39,682 nucleotides of DNA from IMG/VR virus record IMGVR_UViG_3300027790_000014, positions 1-39,682 of that record; one strand, written 5' to 3'. Positions 7,252 through 15,888 of the stretch are shown here, piece by piece. Below the pieces are notes generated by a model, which saw only the letters and a program-made list of their open reading frames with translations, had not been told where the DNA came from and did not search any database. The stretch comes from a virus. Lineage: Duplodnaviria > Caudoviricetes. The position numbers and the translations under genes are program-made. Position 1 is the stretch's first letter. Every line of letters starts with the position of its first letter.

Positions 7252-9630
7252 ATGTCCGAGAAATCTATACGGAGAGACGCACCTGTCTTTCTTGATGTCG
7301 TCGCCCTTCGTAACATCATTGATCAAATTGACGATTATGACATCAAAATTCATCAAGCTGCCCGATGGTATGCACAAAATGGCATTCATATCGTGCCCTT
7401 CCGTCCCGGTGATAGTGAAGGTAAATACTCTGGCTATCCCAAGGGCTTATCACAACGCCACGCAACTAAAGATTTAAAGAAAATTGATGAGTGGTGGCAT
7501 CCAGTAACAGGTCGTTATATTGGTGCTTCAATTGCCATGGCTCATGGTGGATCAGCTGGTTATTGCGCCTTGGACCTTGATCGTAAGGGCGATATTGATG
7601 GTATCAAAAACTTAGCCGATCTTCAAATGGCCTATGGTTCATACAACGACAGTGAAGGCGAAGATCTTCAAACATTGATAGCTACCACTCCCTCAGGCGG
7701 ACGCCATTTAATCTTCCGTTACCATCCAGAAATCATCAGTAATTCTGAATTCAGTATTCCCGGCATTGACACTCGTGGTGGCCTCAAAAAAGATCCAAAA
7801 GAAAATGGCGGCATCACATTTGTCGAACCATCACGCAAACCAAAGAAAGATGGCTCTTATCGATGGGATGATCAGATAATTCAGATCAAGGATATGCCTC
7901 AATGGTTAGTAGATGTACTAAACGATCGACAGCCAGACTCACCTAGTGGTGGCATCCAATTACAAGATTCTTATATCGAATCAGCACCGGGCAAACATGG
8001 TGATGGACGCGACCGTAACATTTACATGGATCTGATGAGATTCGCCGGTATTGGATATACAGAGGACCAACTCTGGGGCCTGATGCCCAAGATCCTAGAG
8101 CGAATGGACCCACCTGATGAAGATATGGTCCGCCGTAAGATTGAATCAGTCCTAGAATCAGATGCTTTCAAGAATGCTGAGGAAGAGACCAAGACCAAAA
8201 AGCAAATTTCAGGCCTTAACCTTATCAGGGATTCAAAGGATAGACCAATTAAGTGTGTGGAGAATCTTGAGATTATATTGCGTTCACCACTATTTGAACA
8301 TGAGTATGGTAAGATTGAATATGACGATTTCACACAGAGCTTTACTATCAACAGCAAGACTCTGGCATCACGTGTAGATTGGTCTATCGGCATTCAGACT
8401 TGGATTGCGAAAAAATTCAAGTTAGACTTCCCCAAGACCGATGTTAGAGATCGGGTGGAGTATATCGCCTACGAAAACCCACATACCAACCTTGCTCGTG
8501 ATTACATGTTAAGATGCCCAAGGCCGACAGCAGAAGTAGAAGAAAATTATCACGGCTCCAATCGCAAAGGTCCCGGCCCAGCATTCCAGCGCCTATGTTA
8601 TGAAGTACTAGATTTAGGCAATAATTCGCTCCACCCCAATTACAGTCCAGAAACCGCCAAGATTTATGAATCCTTCTTATGGTTCTGGATGCAGGGCGTA
8701 GCGGCTCGTGCCTGTATTCCCGGCTGTAAGATGGAAATCGTACTCAATATATTCGGTGGCCAAGGTATTGGTAAGTCATTATTCTTCCGGGAGCTGTGCC
8801 CTGATCCTAAGTGGTTCACAGATTCAATACAGGACAGCATCGTAGGCGGTGGCCAGAATAACCGTGATGAATTAATGAAGCTCCACGCAAAAATAATCGT
8901 GGAAATGCCAGAACTCAACCCGATTAAGAGAGGTGGGAAATCATCAGATGATAAATTCAAACAATTCATTTCTTCTCAGGTGGATAATATGCGCCTACCA
9001 TATGGCCATGACAGCATTGATTATCCTAGGTCTTGTGCTCTTGCCGGTACTTCTAATAATCGTGATGTGTACCGCGATTCTACTGGGGCTAGACGGTTTT
9101 TATCAATTGATCACGGCGACGTATCCATTAGAGTAGGTGATCAAGATGCCGGGGTAATGGATGAAATTCGTGATCAGGTATGGGGCGAGATCATCAACAG
9201 TTTTGGTCCCGGTGAATTAGACTACCCGGCCAATAAGATGCTGGTAGCCGTGCCACCCTCATTGCGTGAAATGCAAAATAGAATCAATAACCACCACCGA
9301 TTTGAAGAGATCGGTATCCAAGATATTACCGAATGGCTGGAAGATAAAACACGTGTCACTTGGGCAGAAATACTGGAGTACGCTAAGAATTTGCCGGGGC
9401 TACGCGATGCAAAAGAGTCGTTCATCATGACCAGCGTTCGAAAGGAGCTATCCAACAATAAGAATTTCGAATTCAAGCGTAATGCCACTAGGTATGACGC
9501 ACGAGGCCAGAAAGCACGTACCAACTGTTGGATCAATATGGATTTAGATATAGAGAAAAACTGGAAGGCTGGGGATGAAGTACCACATCATTGGTCAGGT
9601 GTTACCGAAGAAATAGAACCGGAGTATTGA
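7252..9630 (+). CDS. Primase-polymerase (Prim-Pol) fused to a VapE/VirE-like P-loop helicase
   Basis: ALDLDRK, TPSGGRHLIF and GIDTRG Prim-Pol motifs. GCKMEIVLNIFGGQGIGKS Walker A, IVEMPEL Walker B and GTSN..DSTGARRF. Confidence 0.88.
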   Translation: MSEKSIRRDAPVFLDVVALRNIIDQIDDYDIKIHQAARWYAQNGIHIVPFRPGDSEGKYSGYPKGLSQRHATKDLKKIDEWWHPVTGRYIGASIAMAHGGSAGYCALDLDRKGDIDGIKNLADLQMAYGSYNDSEGEDLQTLIATTPSGGRHLIFRYHPEIISNSEFSIPGIDTRGGLKKDPKENGGITFVEPSRKPKKDGSYRWDDQIIQIKDMPQWLVDVLNDRQPDSPSGGIQLQDSYIESAPGKHGDGRDRNIYMDLMRFAGIGYTEDQLWGLMPKILERMDPPDEDMVRRKIESVLESDAFKNAEEETKTKKQISGLNLIRDSKDRPIKCVENLEIILRSPLFEHEYGKIEYDDFTQSFTINSKTLASRVDWSIGIQTWIAKKFKLDFPKTDVRDRVEYIAYENPHTNLARDYMLRCPRPTAEVEENYHGSNRKGPGPAFQRLCYEVLDLGNNSLHPNYSPETAKIYESFLWFWMQGVAARACIPGCKMEIVLNIFGGQGIGKSLFFRELCPDPKWFTDSIQDSIVGGGQNNRDELMKLHAKIIVEMPELNPIKRGGKSSDDKFKQFISSQVDNMRLPYGHDSIDYPRSCALAGTSNNRDVYRDSTGARRFLSIDHGDVSIRVGDQDAGVMDEIRDQVWGEIINSFGPGELDYPANKMLVAVPPSLREMQNRINNHHRFEEIGIQDITEWLEDKTRVTWAEILEYAKNLPGLRDAKESFIMTSVRKELSNNKNFEFKRNATRYDARGQKARTNCWINMDLDIEKNWKAGDEVPHHWSGVTEEIEPEY

Positions 9631-9656
9631 CGGATTTCTGAGAGCTGTGTTATAAT
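9627..9656 (+). promoter_or_regulatory. sigma70 promoter overlapping the primase stop codon
   Basis: TTGACG-18nt-TATAAT with extended -10. Confidence 0.65.
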
Positions 9657-9662
9657 CTCTCC

Positions 9663-9737
9663 CGTATTGTGGAAGATACAGCTCTCTCTGGACTTGATCG
9701 TCTTGTTTCTATGGCCTCCTAGTGAGGCCATTTTTTT
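9663..9737 (+). ncRNA. Candidate small RNA, about 75 nt
   Basis: Bounded by the 9627-9656 promoter and an intrinsic terminator. No ORF. Confidence 0.45.
9711..9737 (+). terminator. Rho-independent terminator
   Basis: ATGGCCTC-CTAGT-GAGGCCAT followed by a T-run. Confidence 0.85.
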
Positions 9738-9856
9738 ACTAGCCCCGTGAAACAGTTCCACGCCTCCGACCGGGTTCCCGGCCATTCCGGACACCCTCAA
9801 TCCGGGTTCTGACCGGGTCTCCGTCGCCCGTTCTTGGGGTTTCCTTGGCGTCTGTC

Positions 9857-9885
9857 TTGTAGGAGGGGGTTCAATATGGTAGAAT
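9857..9885 (+). promoter_or_regulatory. Probable sigma70 promoter for the HNH gene
   Basis: TTGTAG-17nt-TAGAAT with extended -10 TG. Confidence 0.5.
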
Positions 9886-9921
9886 CCCAGAGTCCAAGGG
9901 AAAGACGGAAAGAAAGTCACC

Positions 9922-10290
9922 ATGCAAAACACTAAACACGAAACCTGTTGCTATTGTGGATGGTCCCAAGACCTAACTAGAGATCACTTGATCCCGGTGA
10001 GCATAGCTAACACTAGTAGACATTTCGAAATGAAAGACATCGTTACCGCTTGCCGATCTTGTAATTGTACACTAGGCGATGTTCCGATCATAACAGTTCC
10101 GGAACGAGCACGATGGCTATATAGCCGATTCAAGAAGAAATACGCGAAATTATTAGCATCCCCAGATTGGACGGAGAGCGAATTAGACGAATTGGGAATC
10201 GGATTACGAACTTCCATAGAAAACCAGATGTTGGAAAAACAGGTACTACTTTTCAGGATGGAGAATCTACTCAGAGTCGCAAATAATTGA
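9922..10290 (+). CDS. HNH endonuclease
   Basis: CCYCG...TRDHLIP...VTACRSCN zinc-binding HNH signature. Confidence 0.85.
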   Translation: MQNTKHETCCYCGWSQDLTRDHLIPVSIANTSRHFEMKDIVTACRSCNCTLGDVPIITVPERARWLYSRFKKKYAKLLASPDWTESELDELGIGLRTSIENQMLEKQVLLFRMENLLRVANN

Positions 10291-10315
10291 CAGCCCCTGA
10301 AGGGGATGCTATAAT
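10287..10315 (+). promoter_or_regulatory. sigma70 consensus promoter fused to the HNH stop codon
   Basis: TTGACA-17nt-TATAAT. The spacer holds the inverted repeat CCCCT-GA-AGGGG. Confidence 0.88.
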
Positions 10316-10363
10316 TTGCCCTGTCGTGAATGAATCACGTTCTATTAACTGTGGAGAAAGACA

Positions 10364-10837
10364 ATGTCTGAAGCAACTGCTATGAAGCAACTGAAGAAAA
10401 ATGATTTCCTGAATGCCGTATCTACTGAGCCAATGACCCGTGGCGATCTGGTTGACGCTCTGGAAGATTACGATTTTATCCCGTCCTACTTGGATTACCT
10501 AACCGACCACTTCGCGGCTCAAGGCAAGATCATCAAGAATGAAGATGGTACTTTCCAGCGTAAAGCCCCCAAGGCCAAAGGCGGTGCGTCTCGTGAATTG
10601 TTCCGTGTTGTTGAATCCGAAGTTGATGGTGAAGACACCTACGAAGTTGAGCAGAAAACTCTGGGCCAAGGCGAGTACTACAATGATGCCTGTAAAGACG
10701 AAGGCTGGCGTCAGACCCCCGGTGCCGCTGCTAAAGCTGCTCGTCAAGCGATTTTCGCACAGTATAAAGCTGACACTGCGAAAGTCAATGACGTTTTGAA
10801 AGCTTTTGAAGAAGCTGGCGAAACTGAAGGCGAATAA
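10364..10837 (+). CDS. Hypothetical protein (possible winged-helix N-terminus)
   Basis: 157 aa, GGAGA RBS, downstream of a promoter. Confidence 0.8.
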   Translation: MSEATAMKQLKKNDFLNAVSTEPMTRGDLVDALEDYDFIPSYLDYLTDHFAAQGKIIKNEDGTFQRKAPKAKGGASRELFRVVESEVDGEDTYEVEQKTLGQGEYYNDACKDEGWRQTPGAAAKAARQAIFAQYKADTAKVNDVLKAFEEAGETEGE

Positions 10838-10866
10838 TTGACAGGCTCTCCGGGGCCTGTTATAAT
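10838..10866 (+). promoter_or_regulatory. sigma70 consensus promoter with an internal hairpin
   Basis: TAA|TTGACA-GGCTCTCCGGGGCCTGT-TATAAT. Hairpin ACAGGCTC-TCCG-GGGCCTGT. Confidence 0.9.
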
Positions 10867-10870
10867 TTGT

Positions 10871-11462
10871 CTTCAAGAGGTCTGAAGTTCAGCAGGGTTG
10901 GTGACCTCTCCAACTAAAATAACCCGCCCCGGTGTGTACCGGGTTAAAAGCGGAGTAGAGCAGATGGTAGCTCGTGAGGCTCATAACTTCAAGGTCGCTG
11001 GTTCGAATCCAGTCTCCGCTTCCAAATTCCAAGGTTTTGGAGCTGAACGCAACCCTCACAGGCAGTTCCGGAACGTCCTAGCCAGCGGACGTAAAGATTA
11101 ACTGGTGTAGCGGGTGTGAACCCCGCCCTAAAACCTGTCATGTTGGGACCATGTAAAAAGTCCCGCGACTGAGTATCCGCCTTGGTACTTTGGAGAGTTG
11201 AAGCGGATAACGCTCTCCCTGCCATGGACAGTAGCAGCGCCGAGGAAACCGGGCGCGGTAGGCCTCCATGGGGTATGAAAACCCGTCAGTGTAAGTGACG
11301 TTAAACGAAAACCGGTAAGGTAGGCCAATGATAACTCCCGACCTGTTAAGAGCTGCTTCTAGGTCGTTAAACCAAAAAAGACAGCCGGTTTACGGACTTA
11401 GAGAGTACAAGGTTCACGGGTAACCAGACAATTGACCTCCGAGTAGGTGCAAGGCCTACACC
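10871..11462 (+). ncRNA. Candidate structured non-coding RNA region surrounding the tRNA
   Basis: No credible ORF over about 600 nt. Kissing-loop pair, two H-type pseudoknots, two T-arm-like hairpins and several long-range stems. Confidence 0.55.
10949..11024 (+). tRNA. tRNA-Met (CAT), initiator-like body
   Basis: Acceptor AGCGGAG/CTCCGCT, D-stem GAGC/GCTC, anticodon loop CTCATAA, T-arm GCTGG-TTCGAAT-CCAGT, encoded CCA. 76 nt. Confidence 0.93.
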
Positions 11463-11485
11463 TAATAGCGAAAAGAGACAATAAA

Positions 11486-11674
11486 ATGGACCAATTAAGA
11501 ACAAGATTTGACATCGGTGTATCTACGATGATCATAATATTAGCACTATTCATTGTTATTTTGATGATAGGTGAAATGGATGCTCGTGATCAAGAACGCC
11601 ACGAGGAGTTTTATTGCGCAATGGTAGCTGAAGGCAGCTGGCCTGCTTATAACGAGGATATCGACTGTGACTAG
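11486..11674 (+). CDS. Small membrane protein (62 aa)
   Basis: ATG at 11486 is preferred over the GTG at 11447. One TM segment followed by a YCAMVAEGSWPAY motif. Confidence 0.7.
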   Translation: MDQLRTRFDIGVSTMIIILALFIVILMIGEMDARDQERHEEFYCAMVAEGSWPAYNEDIDCD

Positions 11675-11888
11675 CAGAGAGCATCGTTTTTATAGTGTCA
11701 CAGCAAAAGGCATCGATTCCAAAGTATTGTTCAAACTGGGCCACATTCAAGCCAGCTCCCCCAGTAAAGCAGCGGAACTAGCCTTTGATAACGGTCTTCC
11801 TGAGGTAATGCCAGAAGGCAAATATCGCGTTCTGGTAAAATGTCATTCCGGAGTTAGCTTCAGGTTCGTAATGGAGAAAACAAAATGA
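11667..11888 (+). CDS. Hypothetical protein
   Basis: 73 aa, overlaps both neighbours. Confidence 0.6.
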   Translation: MTSREHRFYSVTAKGIDSKVLFKLGHIQASSPSKAAELAFDNGLPEVMPEGKYRVLVKCHSGVSFRFVMEKTK

Positions 11889-13564
11889 ACGTACAAATTG
11901 ATTATGACGCAAAAACGAACAAGTTTTTGATCAAGAACGGGTTCGAATGGAACGATATCATGGTTAAAATACCGGATCGTCGTTTCCGTAAAGCTTCTCG
12001 CACTTGGGCCGTCCCCGCTCTTCGTCGTAATATCCAGTACATGGACAAGCATCTCAACAATCCCCAGATGTACAGCGAGGAAGCTCTTACCATTTTCAAT
12101 GTGAAGAGACTGGAATTCCGCGAAAAGCCACAAGCTCACAAAACATTTCCGTCTTGGTACAACTTCAAAAACACTCCGATGGCACATCAAAAAACCGGAC
12201 TGGAAAAATTCTTCCCGCTAAACGAGTGTGCCATTTTCTATGAGCAGGGGCTGGGCAAAACATTCACCAGCATCAACCTAGCGGCAGCATGGCGAATGAC
12301 TGACCAAATCGACGCCGTTATTGTAATTTGTCCCTCCTCAATTAAGTTGGTGTGGGAAGATGAATTGGATACCCATTGCCCGATTCCGACCGAACGCCAC
12401 GTGTTAACAGCAGGCAAGTATAAAGCAGCGGATAAATTCATCGAAACTCCGTCAGATTTCCAGTGGTTGGTGGTAGGAATTGAAGGTCTATCCCAAGGCA
12501 AAGCACATGAGTACGTTTCGCGGTTCCTGAATACCCGCCGTTGTGCCATCATTATTGATGAAAGTTCCCGTATTAAGACTCCCAGTAAAACCCGGACAGA
12601 TCGTTGTGTCGCCTTCGGCAAATTAGCCCATAAACGAGTGATTCTGTCAGGCACATCAGTAACACAGGGCGTAGAAGATTTATACACGCAATATAAATTC
12701 CTTAATCCTGACATTATCGGTTATGATTCGTTCTATTCCTTCCGGGCACAGTATTGCGTAACAATGAGCATCGAAGTAGGTCGAGATAAATTTGTCCAGA
12801 AGATAGTCGGGTATAAGAATGAAGATGAACTGATGGAACTGATCAAGCCAGTCACCATGCGAGTAGAGAAAAAAGACGCTGTCGATCTGCCAGAAAAGAC
12901 ATTCACCAATCGTTATATCACCATGACTCCGGCACAGAAAAAGCTGTATACTGATATGAAAGACGAACTTTATTCCTGTGTCAATGGTGAAGAATACGAG
13001 GTGACCACGGTCCTCGAACAGATGCTACGATTACAGCAGATCACTGGTGGGTTTTACCCTTGGGATGACGGCGAAAAAGTAGTACCCAAGCCGATTCCCG
13101 GCAAGAATCCCAAGATAGAAGAACTGATGAACATCATGGACGAAGTTAGCGGTAAGGTCGTCATATGGTGTCAGTTCCGTCCCGAGATCGAACTCGTTTC
13201 GCAGTCGCTCAAGAAAGCTGGCATTGGCGTCGTAGAATTCCACGGTGGAAAAGACGACGTAGAGAAGCGTTTCGCAGTCCATGATTTCAAGAATAACCCG
13301 GATACAAAGGTATTCTTGGCAACACGGGCAGCGGCCTACGGATTGACTTTGACCGTGGCGTCAACATCGATCTACTATTCACAAGGTTACAGTCTAGAGG
13401 ATTATTCGCAATCTCAGGACCGAATTCATCGGATCGGCCAGAAAGATGGGTGTTCTTATATCCACCTAACCTGTGACAAGACCATTGATACTAAAATCAT
13501 AAACGCGCTGCTTGGCAAAAAATCAGTGGCCGATATGATCTATTCATTAATCAAGGAGGAATGA
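11885..13564 (+). CDS. SNF2-family (SF2) helicase
   Basis: EQGLGKT, IIDESS, LSGT, LRLQQITGG, GLTLT and QSQDRIHRIGQ motifs. Confidence 0.93.
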   Translation: MNVQIDYDAKTNKFLIKNGFEWNDIMVKIPDRRFRKASRTWAVPALRRNIQYMDKHLNNPQMYSEEALTIFNVKRLEFREKPQAHKTFPSWYNFKNTPMAHQKTGLEKFFPLNECAIFYEQGLGKTFTSINLAAAWRMTDQIDAVIVICPSSIKLVWEDELDTHCPIPTERHVLTAGKYKAADKFIETPSDFQWLVVGIEGLSQGKAHEYVSRFLNTRRCAIIIDESSRIKTPSKTRTDRCVAFGKLAHKRVILSGTSVTQGVEDLYTQYKFLNPDIIGYDSFYSFRAQYCVTMSIEVGRDKFVQKIVGYKNEDELMELIKPVTMRVEKKDAVDLPEKTFTNRYITMTPAQKKLYTDMKDELYSCVNGEEYEVTTVLEQMLRLQQITGGFYPWDDGEKVVPKPIPGKNPKIEELMNIMDEVSGKVVIWCQFRPEIELVSQSLKKAGIGVVEFHGGKDDVEKRFAVHDFKNNPDTKVFLATRAAAYGLTLTVASTSIYYSQGYSLEDYSQSQDRIHRIGQKDGCSYIHLTCDKTIDTKIINALLGKKSVADMIYSLIKEE

Positions 13565-13567
13565 TTA

Positions 13568-13855
13568 ATGGAACAATTGGGTGGACCTATGAAAACAATA
13601 GCTCAAGAACTTTGTGATTTGTTACCAAATTATCAGCCACCGGAGCCACAAGTTTATCCGCTAAAACGCCGGATGTTGGATAATCGGCGTAAAATAATGG
13701 AATGGTTAAGGAAAGGAGAGTCGGCAACCCAGATCGCGGCGAAACTGGATATGCCCCTTTCGAATTTTTCGATGTATCTACCGTCAGTGCTAAACGACGA
13801 AGACAAAGAAGAATGGGAACAAACCGTACGGTCGAGAGCCTACAAGGGTAGATAA
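13568..13855 (+). CDS. Small helix-turn-helix DNA-binding protein
   Basis: LRKGESATQIAAKLDMPLSNFSMYL HTH pattern. Confidence 0.65.
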   Translation: MEQLGGPMKTIAQELCDLLPNYQPPEPQVYPLKRRMLDNRRKIMEWLRKGESATQIAAKLDMPLSNFSMYLPSVLNDEDKEEWEQTVRSRAYKGR

Positions 13856-13884
13856 TTGACACCGGCCTTAGGCCATGGTATAAT
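13856..13884 (+). promoter_or_regulatory. sigma70 consensus promoter fused to the upstream stop codon
   Basis: TAA|TTGACA-17nt-TATAAT. Spacer inverted repeat GGCC-TTA-GGCC. Confidence 0.88.
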
Positions 13885-13918
13885 GTTCCCCATAGTGAAT
13901 AGAGACACAGGTAATGAA

Positions 13919-14242
13919 ATGATAAACCGAGTTTGGGTTGTCCAAGAGGGCAAAAACGATTATTCGTCGGCAGAAGAAGAGTACGGAACAGTGCATTTTA
14001 TCACTGAAGGTGAATTGCGTAATATTCCCGGTTCCCAGCAGAATATTGATGTAGTATCTGATATTCGTAAATTTCGTTCTGAATATATTCCCGGTAAAGA
14101 CTACATCATTCCAGCTGGTAATCCGATGGTAGTGGCTCTAGTAACAATGTCACTCGGTCCGGGCAATCATAACTTCCTCAAATGGGATGGCCGTCGCGCC
14201 TCCTACATTCCTTTTAAATTAAATCCGGAGATACTAAAATGA
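13919..14242 (+). CDS. Hypothetical protein (107 aa)
   Basis: The ORF-track start at 13856 is the -35 box, so the likely start is ATG 13919 (MINRVWVVQE). Confidence 0.75.
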   Translation: MINRVWVVQEGKNDYSSAEEEYGTVHFITEGELRNIPGSQQNIDVVSDIRKFRSEYIPGKDYIIPAGNPMVVALVTMSLGPGNHNFLKWDGRRASYIPFKLNPEILK

Positions 14243-14841
14243 ATCAAGACGATTTCCAAGAATGGCTAGAAGAGCCTGAAGTTGACAAATACCTGAGTGT
14301 GATCATGGTCAACATTCAAAAGGCCATCGCCCAATCTGATGAGATTGAATTCCGCAAATGGCTATCCGCCGCAATGATGATCGCATTTGATGCTGGTAAA
14401 GTAGCTCAGATGATTGTTGACGTTGACGCCGACGCCTATGAGTCGATGACAATTTCTCAATTGGCTGCTGAAATCAAGCGACTGAAAGAAAATGTCGACG
14501 AATTCAATAAAGTCAAGGCTGAATGGCAAAAAGCTTATGATTACCTGACTATCAGTGTAGTACCAGAGCGAATGGATGAAGAAGACATCGGCACAATGAA
14601 AGTCAACGATGTTGGTCGTCTTCAGGTTGCGTCTGACATCCGTTGCAGTGTCCCTGCCGCAAATAAAGAAGCATTGCAAGAATGGCTGGAGGAAAATGGC
14701 CATGAATCAATGATCGCCAGTACAGTGAATTCTTCAACACTCAAAGCCTTCGTAAAAGAAATGATGAAGGAAAAGAAACCCTACCCGAAAGATTTACTTA
14801 AGGTAGAACCCTATTCACGCGCAACTGTAGTAAAGGCGTAG
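14239..14841 (+). CDS. Hypothetical replication-module protein (coiled coil)
   Basis: 200 aa, GGAG RBS. EWLEENGH..TVNSSTLKAFVKE motif typical of helicase-polymerase modules. Confidence 0.8.
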   Translation: MNQDDFQEWLEEPEVDKYLSVIMVNIQKAIAQSDEIEFRKWLSAAMMIAFDAGKVAQMIVDVDADAYESMTISQLAAEIKRLKENVDEFNKVKAEWQKAYDYLTISVVPERMDEEDIGTMKVNDVGRLQVASDIRCSVPAANKEALQEWLEENGHESMIASTVNSSTLKAFVKEMMKEKKPYPKDLLKVEPYSRATVVKA

Positions 14842-14902
14842 GATCGAGCGCACATCTCGTTAACCTGTGTAAAACTAACTTTAATGTAAAAGGAAAGTCA
14901 TA

Positions 14903-15628
14903 ATGACTAAGAAAAAAGAAGTAGCCAAAACTCAAGATCAAATGCCAGCTTACATCAAGCAAGGGATGAACCGTGGTAACGAAAATGTGTCGCAAGACGA
15001 TTTGCAGTTGCCCCGAATTGATGTGTTGCAGGCTCTTTCCCCACAGATCAACAAAAAGAAAGATGAGTATATCGAAGGCGCTGAGGCCGGTATGCTGTTC
15101 AATACCCTGACCGGAGAGCTTTATCCTGACGGATTGCGTATTACCCCAGTCAGCTTCGTGAAACGTTTCCTTGTTTGGGTTGATCGTCAAAAAGACACAA
15201 ACGGTGGCTTACGTGGTGTATTTGATACTCCTGAAGAGGCTGAAGCTTTCGTCGAGTCTCAGGAAGACGAAGACAAATTGGAAGTGGTACCTACTGCTGA
15301 GCATCTTGTACTGTTGGATGATGGCAACGAAGTTATCCTTTCTATGGCCAAGTCTAAGATGAAGGTCAGCCGCAAATTCAACAGCTTGGTTCGTTTGAAT
15401 GGTGGCGATCGATTCGCTAATTCGTACATGGTCACATCGGTTGATGATGAAGGCGCGAAGGGTGAATTCCAAAACATTGCTATTAATAGCGATGGGTACC
15501 CATCCGAAGAAGTCTACCTGAAAGCTGAAAAGTTGTATGAAGCGATTCAGGGAGGACAACGCCAACAATCGGCCAATTACGATGACGAAAAGGCCGGATC
15601 GGCCAACACAGAAGAAGCTGAATACTGA
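14903..15628 (+). CDS. Putative single-stranded DNA-binding or annealing protein
   Basis: 241 aa, lies between helicase and polymerase. Acidic C-terminal tail ending in an aromatic residue (NTEEAEY). Confidence 0.55.
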   Translation: MTKKKEVAKTQDQMPAYIKQGMNRGNENVSQDDLQLPRIDVLQALSPQINKKKDEYIEGAEAGMLFNTLTGELYPDGLRITPVSFVKRFLVWVDRQKDTNGGLRGVFDTPEEAEAFVESQEDEDKLEVVPTAEHLVLLDDGNEVILSMAKSKMKVSRKFNSLVRLNGGDRFANSYMVTSVDDEGAKGEFQNIAINSDGYPSEEVYLKAEKLYEAIQGGQRQQSANYDDEKAGSANTEEAEY

Positions 15629-15639
15629 TCAGCACTAAC

Positions 15640-15667
15640 GACGCCCTTAGGGGCGTCAACTGTTTTT
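15640..15667 (+). terminator. Hairpin, possible weak terminator
   Basis: GACGCCC-TTAG-GGGCGTC with a delayed T-run. Confidence 0.45.
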
Positions 15668-15685
15668 AAATATCGGAGAATTAAA

Positions 15686-15859
15686 ATGAGATCGATTGGA
15701 GGAGTGAGTCCTATCTTAGCGGCTTTAATGGGAGCAACAGCAGTGTCTACAACCATGGACATTGAAAAAGAACGTCGTAAATGGGAACACGAAACTCGTC
15801 GCCCCAATAGAATGAGTCAAAAGAAACGACGTCAAAGAGCACGTTGGACTCGTAAATAA
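15686..15859 (+). CDS. Small Arg-rich protein (57 aa)
   Basis: GGAGA RBS. MRSIGGVSPILAALMGATAVSTTMDIEKERRKWEHETRRPNRMSQKKRRQRARWTRK. The stop abuts the next promoter. Not in the ORF track. Confidence 0.7.
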   Translation: MRSIGGVSPILAALMGATAVSTTMDIEKERRKWEHETRRPNRMSQKKRRQRARWTRK

Positions 15860-15888
15860 TTGACAGGCTCTTCGGGGCCTGTTATAAT
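15860..15888 (+). promoter_or_regulatory. sigma70 consensus promoter with an internal cUUCGg hairpin
   Basis: TAA|TTGACA-GGCTCTTCGGGGCCTGT-TATAAT. One mismatch to the 10838 copy. Confidence 0.9.

Noticed and set aside
9588-9932. 114-aa minus-strand ORF over a GC-rich CCGGGT-repeat stretch
   Set aside because: It is antisense to the early arm, overlaps promoters and a terminator, and has low complexity. The stretch is probably non-coding and I cannot assign a role.
11025-11136. HDV-like theta ribozyme or pistol ribozyme after the tRNA
   Set aside because: There is no G-initiated P1 at the tRNA 3' end, and I could not build the HDV nested pseudoknot or the pistol P2 and cleavage site. Kept only as an unassigned structure.
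13568-13855. Lysogeny repressor
   Set aside because: It has only a short HTH, with no S24 peptidase domain, integrase or att context, and it sits in the replication operon.
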